Shown piece after piece: positions 30,617-40,078 of a stretch of DNA of 64,000 nt. The translations under genes were made by a program, and so were the position numbers. The notes under the pieces are model-generated. The model was not told the DNA's origin and made no database searches. It saw only the letters and a list, made by a program, of their open reading frames with translations. The stretch is from positions 7,294 through 71,293 of the IMG/VR virus record IMGVR_UViG_3300027779_003171; one strand, written 5' to 3'. The DNA is from a virus. Position 1 is the first letter of the stretch, and each line of letters begins with the position of its first letter.

Positions 30617-30994
30617 GTGACTATGCATATACTACCAATACTAAGCAGAATGAACGAACTAATGACCGAAGACGAGGATTCCAACAACTACCGGAGGAGC
30701 TCCAGCTATTGCAGAGACGATAGTTTAAATAGATTTGTAGAGGATAAAAACTTTTTCAAATTAAAATTAAATATCGCAGGAGCAGACAAAGAAAGTATAG
30801 ACATCTCCCACGACGACAATACGTTGGTAGTTTTAGCCAGATGTGATGACGGAGTTGACTATCATTACAGATGCCACCTCTCAAATGAGAGGGCTGAAGT
30901 TAAAAAAACGGAAGCAAAATACGAGAACGGAATCCTTAATCTGATTATCCCGAAGCATGAAAAGGCCAAGCCGCTGTCCATTAAGGTTGACTGA
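30617..30994 (+). CDS. Small heat-shock protein (Hsp20/alpha-crystallin)
   Basis: IAGADKESIDI and AKYENGILNLIIPK motifs. Confidence 0.9.
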   Translation: MTMHILPILSRMNELMTEDEDSNNYRRSSSYCRDDSLNRFVEDKNFFKLKLNIAGADKESIDISHDDNTLVVLARCDDGVDYHYRCHLSNERAEVKKTEAKYENGILNLIIPKHEKAKPLSIKVD

Positions 30995-31025
30995 AGATAA
31001 GGTTAAGCTATGATTGCGGTCCGTT

Positions 31026-31099
31026 GCGGGTGTCGTATAATGGTATTACTCCAGCCTTCCAAGCTGATAACGCGAGTTCGATTCTCGCCACCCGCTCCA
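31026..31099 (+). tRNA. tRNA-Gly(TCC)
   Basis: Cloverleaf with acceptor stem GCGGGTG/CACCCGC, TTCGA T-loop and encoded CCA. Confidence 0.95.
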
Positions 31100-31102
31100 G
31101 TC

Positions 31103-31179
31103 GCTCTTGTAGCTCAATTGGATAGAGCATCGGTTTTCTAAACCGAGGGTTCTGGGTTCGAGTCCCAGCGGGAGTACCA
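31103..31179 (+). tRNA. tRNA-Arg(TCT)
   Basis: Anticodon arm TCGGT-TTTCTAA-ACCGA; encoded CCA. Confidence 0.95.
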
Positions 31180-31192
31180 CCTTGGGAAAGAT

Positions 31193-31435
31193 ATGAGTGA
31201 AAGAACTAAAAAATACTTTGAGACGGGAAAGGGGAAGAAAGCTTTGAATAAAGCGAGGAAGGCATACGACCAAAGAGACCCCGAGAAAAGAAGGAAACAA
31301 AAGAGGGACTACATGCGTCGGAAAAGGGCAGAAGACCCTGATGCTTGGAAATATAAAAATTTACAACCATCCGTTGTGAAACAAGAGAAAAAAACAGACC
31401 AAAATGAAAAACAAAAATACAAGCGAAAGCTGTGA
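31193..31435 (+). CDS. Small basic hypothetical protein
   Basis: K/R-rich ORF between tRNAs. Confidence 0.5.
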   Translation: MSERTKKYFETGKGKKALNKARKAYDQRDPEKRRKQKRDYMRRKRAEDPDAWKYKNLQPSVVKQEKKTDQNEKQKYKRKL

Positions 31436-31727
31436 TACCCAAACGGAGACTTGCAGCACGACAAAAGAAAATAGATTAACAACGGTTAAGACTGTTTATG
31501 CTAGGGCTGCTGTAGTTCTGCTGGCTCTCAACTTCGGCCTTACTGGTTACGTGGTTTACAATATGAACCAAAACACACAGGCTCAAATTGATGGTCTTAC
31601 AGAGGGTGCGTCCATGAGGGGGGCGACGACTCCGGGAACGACCACGACGGATCAAACCCCCCAAACCGCTGGCACTCAAACAGAGCAGGGAACAACACCT
31701 TCTCCTGTCACCACGAGAGACCAATAG
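31404..31727 (+). CDS. Hypothetical single-pass membrane protein
   Basis: One TM segment and a Thr-rich tail. Confidence 0.6.
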   Translation: MKNKNTSESCDTQTETCSTTKENRLTTVKTVYARAAVVLLALNFGLTGYVVYNMNQNTQAQIDGLTEGASMRGATTPGTTTTDQTPQTAGTQTEQGTTPSPVTTRDQ

Positions 31728-31728
31728 A

Positions 31729-31803
31729 GCGAGCATAGCTCAGTGGAAGAGCAACTGGTTTACACCCAGTAGGTCGTAGGTTCGAATCCTTCTGCTCGTA
31801 CCA
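31729..31803 (+). tRNA. tRNA-Val(TAC)
   Basis: Anticodon arm ACTGG-TTTACAC-CCAGT; encoded CCA. Confidence 0.95.
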
Positions 31804-31852
31804 CCTCTATTTTGGTGTAATAACAACACGCCCTTTGGTGGGCGTTTTTATT

Positions 31853-32119
31853 ATGAAAACCAAAAAAACAAGGAAAAAAGGTAAAAAGAGCTCAAAACTT
31901 TCTTTTTTAAGGAAGTCTTGGGACAAACTAAAACATGGTGGAGAGTCTCTTTTGGGCTGGCTAGAGTGGCATACACGTCTAGTGGGAGCATTAGGACTTA
32001 TTGTTGCTGGTTGGGTGCTATTATGCCCAGCGGTTTCTCTTGAAGCTACTCTGGCTTGGGGGGCAATTGTTGTTGGTGGGTATCACCTACTAATGGAGCT
32101 GAAAGACAGGCTCCTATAA
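31853..32119 (+). CDS. Small membrane protein (2 TM, basic N-terminus)
   Basis: ATG at 31853 and two hydrophobic helices. Confidence 0.6.
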   Translation: MKTKKTRKKGKKSSKLSFLRKSWDKLKHGGESLLGWLEWHTRLVGALGLIVAGWVLLCPAVSLEATLAWGAIVVGGYHLLMELKDRLL

Positions 32120-32145
32120 GCCGCAAGACACCAATTATTAAACTT

Positions 32146-32174
32146 AAGCCCTACTTCGGTGGGGCTTTTTTTTT
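32146..32174 (+). terminator. Intrinsic terminator
   Basis: AAGCCCTAC-TTCG-GTGGGGCTT followed by a T run. Confidence 0.85.
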
Positions 32175-32200
32175 GACTCAGAATAAGGTTATGGTAAAAT
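32173..32200 (+). promoter_or_regulatory. Sigma70-type promoter for tRNA cluster
   Basis: TTGACT-N16-TAAAAT with TG extension. Confidence 0.65.
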
Positions 32201-32208
32201 ATCTTGAG

Positions 32209-32284
32209 GCTTGAGTAGCTTTAATGGTAGAGCACGGGTCTTGTAAACCTGAGGTTATCGGTTCGAGTCCGGTCTCAAGCTCCA
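32209..32284 (+). tRNA. tRNA-Thr(TGT)
   Basis: Acceptor stem GCTTGAG/CTCAAGC, anticodon TGT, CCA end. Confidence 0.95.
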
Positions 32285-32285
32285 C

Positions 32286-32361
<76 letters not shown>

Positions 32362-32367
32362 AATTTT

Positions 32368-32454
32368 GGCGAAGTGGTGGAATTGGTATACACAACAGAC
32401 TTAAAATCTGTCGGCGGTATCGCTATGCGGGTTCGAGTCCCGCCTTCGCTACCA
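32368..32454 (+). tRNA. tRNA-Leu(TAA)
   Basis: Long variable arm, anticodon TAA, CCA end. Confidence 0.95.
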
Positions 32455-32464
32455 GAAAATTATT

Positions 32465-32920
32465 ATGACAAAACAACGAAATAGAGAAGATACCGAAGAT
32501 CGAACGACTCTTTACAGGGATGCTCGGTGGAAGCAGGGATGGCCAGCACGATGTTGCCAAGACGTGGATCAGGTCGAGTATTCTATAGTAGATGGCAAGG
32601 TAGTTCACGTTGCTGTCCTCGAATTAACCAGAAGAGACCCGCACCCCAAGTTTAAAACACCGCCGCAAAGTTATTTTGATTCTATTTTGGATAGATTTAA
32701 TTCTGATTTTCAAGGGAGGTTTGCCGCGCAAACAGCCGAGAAGCTGGGTGTGGAAGCGTACATAATCCTTTTCGATGATGACGTGGAGAGATTATGGGTA
32801 TACAATCTCTCCAGAGAGAAAGGATTTCTGGAGTTCTCAAAAGAAGAATACTTTCAATGGCTAAGGGGTAAACATGATAGGAAAATAAATGAAGTTTTAC
32901 GAAGTGCAAGAGTAGACTAG
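32465..32920 (+). CDS. Hypothetical protein, possible PD-(D/E)XK-like fold
   Basis: DVDQVEY..VLELTR pattern; weak support. Confidence 0.45.
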   Translation: MTKQRNREDTEDRTTLYRDARWKQGWPARCCQDVDQVEYSIVDGKVVHVAVLELTRRDPHPKFKTPPQSYFDSILDRFNSDFQGRFAAQTAEKLGVEAYIILFDDDVERLWVYNLSREKGFLEFSKEEYFQWLRGKHDRKINEVLRSARVD

Positions 32921-33121
32921 GAGAATAAAATTATGGGACACAAAATACTAGACGTTAAAGCGGACATTCACGAAGATGTTGAAGCGTATTTTAATAAGAG
33001 GGAGCAGGAGCATCGTTGTTGGAGTACGTTAGCAGAAATCAGAGAAGATGTACTCGACATTGTAGACAAACATTTTGAAAAGATAGAAAGATAAATTACG
33101 CTACGGGGTGTAATCTAGTGT

Positions 33122-33748
33122 GTGAGACTAGGGAACATTCTTTTCATTCATATTCCTAGAACTGGGGGAACTCATTTTGAGAAACTCTTAGGCTTCAAGG
33201 GGCACGACTCCCCGCCTCGTTGCGGCAACGCAGATTACCCCACAAACCATAAGGAAATCATGGGGTGGGACAAGCATCTAGGCATTATGTTGCAACATGC
33301 GACGTATCCAGAGATGGTCAAACACGGCCTTTACAAACCTGAAGAAGAACTAGTTACAGTCTCCATAATTAGAGACCCATACCAAAGAGCGGTTTCTTTA
33401 TTCAAATATTACGGGGGGGACAAAAAGTGGAAATCTTTTAATAATTTTTTGAAGATTTTATCCTCCAGCCTTCATACTCGGTACTTTTACTATCCACAGT
33501 GCGAATATTTAATTCAGGAAGAGGAGGTAGTCATTAAAAATCTAATTAGATTCGAGAACTACCAAGAGGACATGGAGAGATTCAGTGATGAAAACAATCT
33601 TGATCTACAAGTCACTTTCGATTCGGCGATGCAAAAAGAAAAAACAGAAAAGAATTTAAAAAAATATTACATCAACCCAGAACATACGAAAACAGTGGAG
33701 AGGGTTTATGCTAGGGATTTCGAGCTGCTTGGCTACCCTCACCTGTAA
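33122..33748 (+). CDS. Sulfotransferase family 2 protein
   Basis: FIHIPRTGGT, RDPYQRAVS, IRFEN and YARDFELLGY motifs. Confidence 0.88.
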   Translation: MRLGNILFIHIPRTGGTHFEKLLGFKGHDSPPRCGNADYPTNHKEIMGWDKHLGIMLQHATYPEMVKHGLYKPEEELVTVSIIRDPYQRAVSLFKYYGGDKKWKSFNNFLKILSSSLHTRYFYYPQCEYLIQEEEVVIKNLIRFENYQEDMERFSDENNLDLQVTFDSAMQKEKTEKNLKKYYINPEHTKTVERVYARDFELLGYPHL

Positions 33749-33750
33749 GC

Positions 33751-34323
33751 CTAGTGAGACTTGCTGAACTTATACCCGAAATACTTGATATCTTTTGCGT
33801 ATTTTTCCGCAACGATTTGTTTTGTTTCATCATCGTAATATTCGGTATAGTGTTTGTGTTCTGTTTTGTTTTCGTGGGGAAGTTCTTGTTGGGGGATTCC
33901 AATTTTGTCGCAGATTATGTTGAAATCTTCTTGAAGGTTTTCGAACCTTCCTATGAAGTCTACAAGTTGTACGCCATCTAAAAACAACTGATCATACTGA
34001 GGGTTTCCTTTATCTTCCAATGAACCTTCCCCTTCAATATTATTTTCAAATTGCAAAACCCAACATCTAAATGATAAATCATCTCCTTTTAAAGTGTCGC
34101 CCGCGATTTGCTTACGCCACATATAATGACCAAGCATTTTATTCCACGGATTTCTTACAAACGAAAAAGTAAAATACTCATTCCACACATCCGCGCCGAA
34201 CTGCTTAATGTAGCGAGAACATTTTCTGTGGTCATACCTTCGATGATTAAAATGTGACTCAATAGACGTACCTGCGGTACGATTTATATGAACAAAAATA
34301 AATTTATGATTATGATCAATCAT
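33751..34323 (-). CDS. Sulfotransferase family 2 protein
   Basis: FVHINRTAGTS, FVRNPW, GRFENL and KDIKYFGY motifs. Confidence 0.9.
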   Translation of the reverse strand: MIDHNHKFIFVHINRTAGTSIESHFNHRRYDHRKCSRYIKQFGADVWNEYFTFSFVRNPWNKMLGHYMWRKQIAGDTLKGDDLSFRCWVLQFENNIEGEGSLEDKGNPQYDQLFLDGVQLVDFIGRFENLQEDFNIICDKIGIPQQELPHENKTEHKHYTEYYDDETKQIVAEKYAKDIKYFGYKFSKSH

Positions 34324-34356
34324 TTTCTTTGCTCTCTAAATTTATAACCGAAATAC

Positions 34357-34572
34357 TTACCCGTCTTTGATCTTTCTTTTTTGATCTTTTAAAAATTTTT
34401 TAGTAACAGTAAACGCCGCTTTGCATTCTTTACATTCCATTACTTCTTTGCATTTGTGCTCATCTTCGCAGGTATCTTCCTTATTATACTTACACCCTAC
34501 TTCTGGCATTGTCGTTTTGATAAGCCTAGCTTTTTCGCTCGGGACACAGTATGGACAGGCGTAGTAGTACAT
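34357..34572 (-). CDS. Small Cys-rich (zinc-finger-like) protein
   Basis: CPYC and CKEC motifs. ATG 34572 lies 7 nt after a GTGTAAT motif. Confidence 0.55.
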   Translation of the reverse strand: MYYYACPYCVPSEKARLIKTTMPEVGCKYNKEDTCEDEHKCKEVMECKECKAAFTVTKKFLKDQKRKIKDG

Positions 34573-34647
34573 GTAAAGTATTACACTTTTTTTGATTTTT
34601 CTTGAGTTTTTTCGAGAAAATTGGTACACTTTTAGTGGATTCAAAAA

Positions 34648-35031
34648 ATGATCATAGGAGTAGGAACAGATGCAATAAGCATACCCCGAGTAAGGGGGAT
34701 GAAGAAAAGGTGGGGTAATAAATTCTTAAATAGAGTCTTTACCTCCTCAGAGAAGAAGTACTGTAATCAATTCAGCGACCCCTCTCAACATTACGCCGTT
34801 CGCTTCGCAGCCAAAGAAGCCGCCTCGAAAGCTCTAGGGGTCGGCTTTGGCGGAGAGTTAGACTGGAAAGATATCGTAGTGAGCAACAACAAGGAAGGGA
34901 AGCCCTTCATTAAGTTTAGAAATGCTGTGGCAAAAAAAATAAAAAAGAATGGGTACAAATGTCACCTTTCGATGTCTCACTGCACTGATTACGCGGTAGC
35001 CGTTACCATACTTGAGTTAGAGCCAAATTAA
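34648..35031 (+). CDS. acpS: Holo-[acyl-carrier-protein] synthase
   Basis: GVGTD, RFAAKEAASKALG, GKP and SMSH..YAVA motifs. Confidence 0.93.
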   Translation: MIIGVGTDAISIPRVRGMKKRWGNKFLNRVFTSSEKKYCNQFSDPSQHYAVRFAAKEAASKALGVGFGGELDWKDIVVSNNKEGKPFIKFRNAVAKKIKKNGYKCHLSMSHCTDYAVAVTILELEPN

Positions 35032-35068
35032 TCCCCAACATGCCCTTGTTTTGCGTGTAAATAAGGGT

Positions 35069-35353
35069 ATGGATTACCAAATACTTGTTAATATAGCCGT
35101 AGGTATCGTTACGCTTATGGGGGGGTGGGTTTTCAAGATGATTCTTGGGCACGTAAACGAAATTAAAGAGGAGCATCACGACCTAATGATAAGACATCAC
35201 GCTGATGTTGACAAAATCAGAGAGAAGCACAACGACTTAGCCCTTTCGCTTCCAGACAAGTACGTTAGCAAGGATGACTTTAGGATGTTTTCTGAGCGGA
35301 TGAACGATAGGTTTGATAGGATCGAGGAGAAGCTCGACAATCTTAAAAAGTGA
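35069..35353 (+). CDS. Membrane-anchored coiled-coil protein
   Basis: N-terminal TM segment and LPDKYVSKDDF..RIEEKLD. Confidence 0.6.
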   Translation: MDYQILVNIAVGIVTLMGGWVFKMILGHVNEIKEEHHDLMIRHHADVDKIREKHNDLALSLPDKYVSKDDFRMFSERMNDRFDRIEEKLDNLKK

Positions 35354-35675
35354 TTTCCCTTAAAGACTTTAACTGACCTAGTAGGTTCGTCGTGTTTTCG
35401 CATCTAATGTGTCTTGTCAGGATCGTCCTGGGGTAAGATAACGACGTGTCTATTCTTACTCCTTCTTCGTTTTCTTCTGGTGTAATGATGTCGTCCACGA
35501 AGTCGTACCAGCCTCTTTTCTTCAAAAAATGATAATAGAAGTCTATTAGCTCCTTATCTGCCTCTAGGGCGATATCGTAGCCTAGGTCTTTTTGAGCAAT
35601 CATTGTAAGCAAACGGAAGTATAACCCTTCGGAAGGGGGGTCTGTGCTCAGGCTGGCGGATATAATTAGATTCAC
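35343..35675 (-). CDS. Hypothetical protein
   Basis: 110-aa ORF downstream of a GTGTAAT motif. Confidence 0.55.
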   Translation of the reverse strand: MNLIISASLSTDPPSEGLYFRLLTMIAQKDLGYDIALEADKELIDFYYHFLKKRGWYDFVDDIITPEENEEGVRIDTSLSYPRTILTRHIRCENTTNLLGQLKSLREITF

Positions 35676-35749
35676 CTCAATAAAAATTACACTTCTTTAG
35701 GCAGATTTTTTAGAACTTTTAAGTGGGGAAATCTACAATAAAGCAGGTT

Positions 35750-36715
35750 ATGAGAACTATCAACCTTTTCACACTAACTTTGGTTTTTGCCTTGAGCTCT
35801 TTCTCGGCAGAAAAAAAGCAATCTACGGCAGAACATCTTCAGAATGTATCTGTGACAATTAGATCAGAAGGCGCATATAGCGCGGGCGAAGGCTCGGGGG
35901 TAATCTTCACCAGGAAGGACTCTAATGGGAATTTGGTGAACTTCGTTTGGACCGCCGCGCATGTCGTGGATAACTTAAGAAAGGAAAGAAAAGTGCTGGT
36001 TGACGGTAAGCCTGAGACCATTGTGGAATTCAAAGACCCCGTAATTATTAAGGAGATTAGGCAAAATGGCAGAACCGTTGGTCGTCTTCAGATGGATGCA
36101 GAAGTACTAAAGTATAGTGACGCTACGGACGGACACGATTTAGCACTGTTACGAGTTCGTAAGTATAATTTTGTAACTGGTAGCGTTGTATTCTATCTTG
36201 AGAAAGAGATTCCGAAATTAGGAACAGACCTCCTGCACGTCGGCTCCCTGCTTGGTCAATTAGGCGCGAACAGTATGACGGACGGGATTTATTCGCAGCA
36301 CGGTAGAATTTTAAAACAAATAAACAAACACGTATTTGACCAAACAACCTGCGTAGCGTTCCCAGGTTCTAGTGGGGGTGGAGTATTCTTGAAGCATGAC
36401 GGTAACGTTAGGTACGTGGGAATGCTTGTTCGGGGTGCTGGAGAAGGGTTTAACCTTATCGTTCCCATTCGTCGCATGATTACCTACTGCGAGAAACACA
36501 AGATCGAATGGGCTATAGACGCTAAGGTGGCAATGCCTAGTGAAGACGATCTTAAAAAAACGCCCATTGAGCACGGCCCAAAGGAGGTAAAGGAAGATGG
36601 AGAAACAAAGGATGAAAAAAAGAGTCTGACCGAAAAGCAGTTTCCATTCAGGCTAAGAGTTTTAGATTTAAAAACCAACAACCCTATTAAAATTGAAGAC
36701 AGGCTTAAAAGATGA
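35750..36715 (+). CDS. Secreted trypsin-like serine protease
   Basis: Signal peptide and catalytic triad motifs TAAHV, DLALL and PGSSGGG. Confidence 0.88.
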   Translation: MRTINLFTLTLVFALSSFSAEKKQSTAEHLQNVSVTIRSEGAYSAGEGSGVIFTRKDSNGNLVNFVWTAAHVVDNLRKERKVLVDGKPETIVEFKDPVIIKEIRQNGRTVGRLQMDAEVLKYSDATDGHDLALLRVRKYNFVTGSVVFYLEKEIPKLGTDLLHVGSLLGQLGANSMTDGIYSQHGRILKQINKHVFDQTTCVAFPGSSGGGVFLKHDGNVRYVGMLVRGAGEGFNLIVPIRRMITYCEKHKIEWAIDAKVAMPSEDDLKKTPIEHGPKEVKEDGETKDEKKSLTEKQFPFRLRVLDLKTNNPIKIEDRLKR

Positions 36716-36864
36716 AAAAATTAATAACTTTACTATTCGTTTCAGCATTTGCTATTGGCTGCAACTGGGGGGGCTCAGGCTGTCCCAACTGTGACTGCGA
36801 CTCTCTTTGTTGTGAGTCGGGTGTTTGTTCGACGGCTGAGTGTGGGTGTTCTTGTAAGAAGTAA
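36712..36864 (+). CDS. Small Cys-rich lipoprotein (metallothionein-like), 50 aa
   Basis: Sequence MKKLITLLFVSAFAIGCNWGGSGCPNCDCDSLCCESGVCSTAECGCSCKK. ATGA overlap with the protease stop codon. Confidence 0.7.
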   Translation: MKKLITLLFVSAFAIGCNWGGSGCPNCDCDSLCCESGVCSTAECGCSCKK

Positions 36865-36915
36865 TTTCAGGTCATTGTTACCACCAATATAGGCCCGAAA
36901 GTAGGCGAGTAGTTA

Positions 36916-36953
36916 AAGGGGGCGTGGCACGAAAGTGTTGCGCCTTCTTTTTA
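36916..36953 (+). terminator. Intrinsic terminator
   Basis: GGGGGCGTGGCAC-GAAA-GTGTTGCGCCTTC followed by a T run. Confidence 0.75.
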
Positions 36954-36957
36954 AATT

Positions 36958-37146
36958 ATGAATGAAAATAAGAAAACATGGCTGACACCTGTAGACCCTT
37001 ACTACACCATAGAGATAGATTTTTCTGACGATATTGAGTCGATCAGAGAACAAATAGAGGAGCTTAAAGATCAGCACAAAAAAAGAGCCAGCCCCAACGA
37101 GGAGGCTGACCCCAGTGAAGAAGCCAACACAAGCACAAAAGAGTAA
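36958..37146 (+). CDS. Hypothetical protein
   Basis: 62-aa ATG-start ORF. Confidence 0.45.
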   Translation: MNENKKTWLTPVDPYYTIEIDFSDDIESIREQIEELKDQHKKRASPNEEADPSEEANTSTKE

Positions 37147-37147
37147 A

Positions 37148-37876
37148 TTACCTCTTCATTTCGGGCATCATGCCCTTAATCTCATCAACTAGCCCATACT
37201 GGAGACACTGATCTGCGTCTATCCACCAGTCTTTTCGGTCCCAGTTTCTTTTAATTTTGAGTCTAGTTAATTTAGACCTTGAAACAAAAATATCCACACA
37301 GCGTTCTTCAATTCTTTTGACAAGTTTAACCTCGTCTTCCACCTCGTACGTTTTCCCGATGGCTCCGAAAGCGGCCCTGTGAATCATCATCCAACACTGG
37401 TGGCCTATCCATCGGCGGTCCCCAGCTTGCAGCAAAATTCCAGCCATCGAAGCTGCCATGCCCAAGGAGCCGGTTGTTATCTTGTGCTTTCGGCTCCTCA
37501 AGTCTTGAATAAAGTCGAACAACTCAAAACCATCAATGATGCTTCCCCCGGGGGACGAAAAAACAATTTCCATATCACATTTTGGGGATAACCTTGACCA
37601 CTCCGTTAGCTTGCTCATACATTTTCTTACAGAAGTTTCCCCGACAGACCCAGAGAACCTGTAAAGGTGATTCATCTCGTCGTCAGCTGATGCCCTGTCG
37701 AACTTTCTCCTTGCGTCAAGATATTTTAGCTCTGATTCGTGAGCGTCGAACTGGGCCTTCTTCGCCTCTGCATTGACCTTGACTGCTTCGGCTGCTTTTA
37801 GTGCCGTTTCAGCTTCTTTCAGTTCGATGTCAGCCGCGATCTCCTTTTTCGTTCTGGTATCTATTTCTTCACTCAT
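37148..37876 (-). CDS. clpP: ClpP-family protease subunit with N-terminal coiled extension
   Basis: SSPGGSIIDG, GMAASMAGILLQAG, MIHR and YGLVDEI motifs. Confidence 0.9.
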   Translation of the reverse strand: MSEEIDTRTKKEIAADIELKEAETALKAAEAVKVNAEAKKAQFDAHESELKYLDARRKFDRASADDEMNHLYRFSGSVGETSVRKCMSKLTEWSRLSPKCDMEIVFSSPGGSIIDGFELFDFIQDLRSRKHKITTGSLGMAASMAGILLQAGDRRWIGHQCWMMIHRAAFGAIGKTYEVEDEVKLVKRIEERCVDIFVSRSKLTRLKIKRNWDRKDWWIDADQCLQYGLVDEIKGMMPEMKR

Positions 37877-38307
37877 AATTTATTCCTCTCTTCAATGTGC
37901 GCCGCCTCTGAGCGACCTGGGTTTGGTCTCGGCTCTTTGGGCGGCCAATGGCCAATCTTTTTTAAGTAGTTTATTAAGTCGTTAATTAAGCTACTTTGGT
38001 CATTTAACGCTCCCTTTACCTGATCAAGGGTTTCATCGTACTTGTTAATGGTTTGTCCTTGGATGTTGATTACCTCGAATTGATCTTCAATAGCTCTTTC
38101 GCAGTCGTCTATCGCCAAGTTTAGTAAGGTATTTTCTCTTTTTACTTGGAGAATTTTTTTAGCGTGGGACACTTCCTGAGAAACCCAAAAGGTAACGAAG
38201 ATGACTGTTAGAATTATTGAAAAATAGACAGTTACCTCGTGATGAGTGAGGAAATCGCCTGTCTTTCGTGTAAGATTCTTAAGTTTGAAGCCAATATCTT
38301 TCATCAC
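37873..38307 (-). CDS. Membrane-anchored coiled-coil protein
   Basis: One TM segment followed by a heptad-rich region. Confidence 0.6.
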   Translation of the reverse strand: MMKDIGFKLKNLTRKTGDFLTHHEVTVYFSIILTVIFVTFWVSQEVSHAKKILQVKRENTLLNLAIDDCERAIEDQFEVINIQGQTINKYDETLDQVKGALNDQSSLINDLINYLKKIGHWPPKEPRPNPGRSEAAHIEERNKL

Positions 38308-38329
38308 AAACTTAATTACACGTAAATAG

Positions 38330-38358
38330 AAAAAAACCCCGCTCGGAAAAGCGAGGTT
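38330..38358 (-). terminator. Intrinsic terminator
   Basis: Minus-strand AACCTCGCT-TTTCCG-AGCGGGGTT followed by a T run. Confidence 0.7.
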
Positions 38359-38386
38359 GTGTTTAATTAAATTAATTTAAATTAAT

Positions 38387-38584
38387 TTACTTTTTCTTGG
38401 TCTTGGTAGTCGTGGTCGTACCCACCGAAGCCTTAATGAGGGGCAGGGTCACGCTTGCTCCCTCCGCGTCGGCTGATGCCCCTAAGACTGTGCTGTCGTT
38501 GGCTTTGGGGCCAAGGGTTACGGTGCTTGTACAACCCGCTCCGAAGAGCATGATTGCTGCTGCTGTAGCTACTAGTGTTTTCAT
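38387..38584 (-). CDS. Small lipoprotein
   Basis: Signal peptide with lipobox GAGC. Has its own promoter (TTGACG-N16-TATAAT at about 38632-38660, minus strand) and terminator. Confidence 0.7.
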   Translation of the reverse strand: MKTLVATAAAIMLFGAGCTSTVTLGPKANDSTVLGASADAEGASVTLPLIKASVGTTTTTKTKKK

Positions 38585-38675
38585 GTGTGTTTTTTTATGT
38601 TAACAACTGACTATTTTTAGTCAGGATCACAAATTATACATAAACCTTTCCCCACGTCAAGTGTAATATAAACAT

Positions 38676-40078
38676 ATGGCTCCTCAAGTGATAGTTAATG
38701 GCTTAATTGTCGAAATACTTTCCGAGAAAGTGAAAATTTTCGATATTGCTGGGGACTTAACGAAGGCGGAGGCTTTGCTAATTGCGAAATATCTTCATGC
38801 CGAAGCGTTTATTTCGGGGGACAGTATCGTGCTTGAGATAGTGACAGATAAGAATATTTAATTGATTTTTTTAAATTTAAAAAGTATCATAATATACAGA
38901 GATGGGAAAAAAGACTCCAATTATAGAATTGCACTTGATACACCCCCATCATACCAGAAAAAGGAAGTTTGCTTGCTCTGAGTGTGGGATGGTGTATAAT
39001 TTGAAAGATTACAGAGTGCTATTCGACAGCCATAAGATTAGCTACTTTTCTGAAGAGGATGGGAAGTTTAAGATTTGCCACGATTGTGTCATGAGTTTTT
39101 CAACGGACGAAAAAAAAAGACTGAAAGTGCCAAAGCTCATAGTTAAACTGATTTTACCAGAAGAAGAGGTGATTTTGAAATTCCAATGAAAGACAAGCTA
39201 AAATTCAAACAAGCGATGTTCCAGTACTCTATGCTGGAGGGCAGTGTAAGCTGGTGGGAAAAACGGCTGAACATACTTTTGACCGAAATAGAGAGACTAC
39301 CACACAATCACCCGTCGATTCCCAAAAAGAGGGGACAAATAGCATTCGTCTTACAAAGACTTTCCTTGGAAGAAAAGAATATAGCAACCTATTTTAAAGA
39401 CAATGAAGAAACCAGCTAAAAGAAAATCCTCAAAAAAATGTTACGTTGTAGTATCCAAGAAGAAAAAACACATTTACGGAGCCTTCCCCTTCACGGAAGA
39501 GGGACTTAAAAAAGCTAAAGAATATTCCAAAACTCTTAAAAAGGAGAACAAGGAAGAGTTCCTTGTCGTAGAGCCGTGAGAAAAGAATACCATAAGTTGC
39601 TTGATCAAATCATTGAGAACGCTGAAATCATGGACAAAAGAGAGAAGGGAGAGTCCATGAAGACTCACAAAGGAGATCAAGCGATTGGCGAAAGCTGGAT
39701 GGTTCACCATCTTAAATTGTTAAAAGAACTTTCTGAAGAATAATGATTACCGTGGGAGCAGTCAGGGAACTTGCCTACATGTCACAACATTTAGGTGTCC
39801 CCTTGTATATAGCCATCGACGCTGGGGGTAAACACCTAAGCTTAAAAGTCGAAGAAAATAGCGTACACATTAGTTACCAAGGACAAAGGATTTGGGAGGA
39901 GAACATATACGGGGAAGGTAATTGGTTCGGTATAGAATCCTGCGATTCGGTTGCAAAAATAATAAACTGCATAAACGACGGAGAACCTTGGGCGGAAAAA
40001 TACGGTTGGGAAAAAACCGACACTACGATAAAACATGTGCCCTTTGACGAGGCTCTTCAGAACGCGGAGGAGTCATGA
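38676..40078 (+). CDS. Run of small hypothetical ORFs (38676-38861, 38902-39189, 39186-39419, 39403-39579, 39576-39743, 39743-40078)
   Basis: Tightly packed co-directional ORFs with overlapping start/stop codons. ORF 38902 has CxxC pairs. Confidence 0.55.

Noticed and set aside
36925-36941. TGGCAC..TTGC as a second sigma54 promoter
   Set aside because: The spacing is 2 nt too long and the sequence is part of a terminator hairpin.
38368-38389. 22-bp AT-only palindrome TAAATTAATTTAAATTAATTTA
   Set aside because: It is low complexity, single copy and adjacent to a terminator; no function can be supported.
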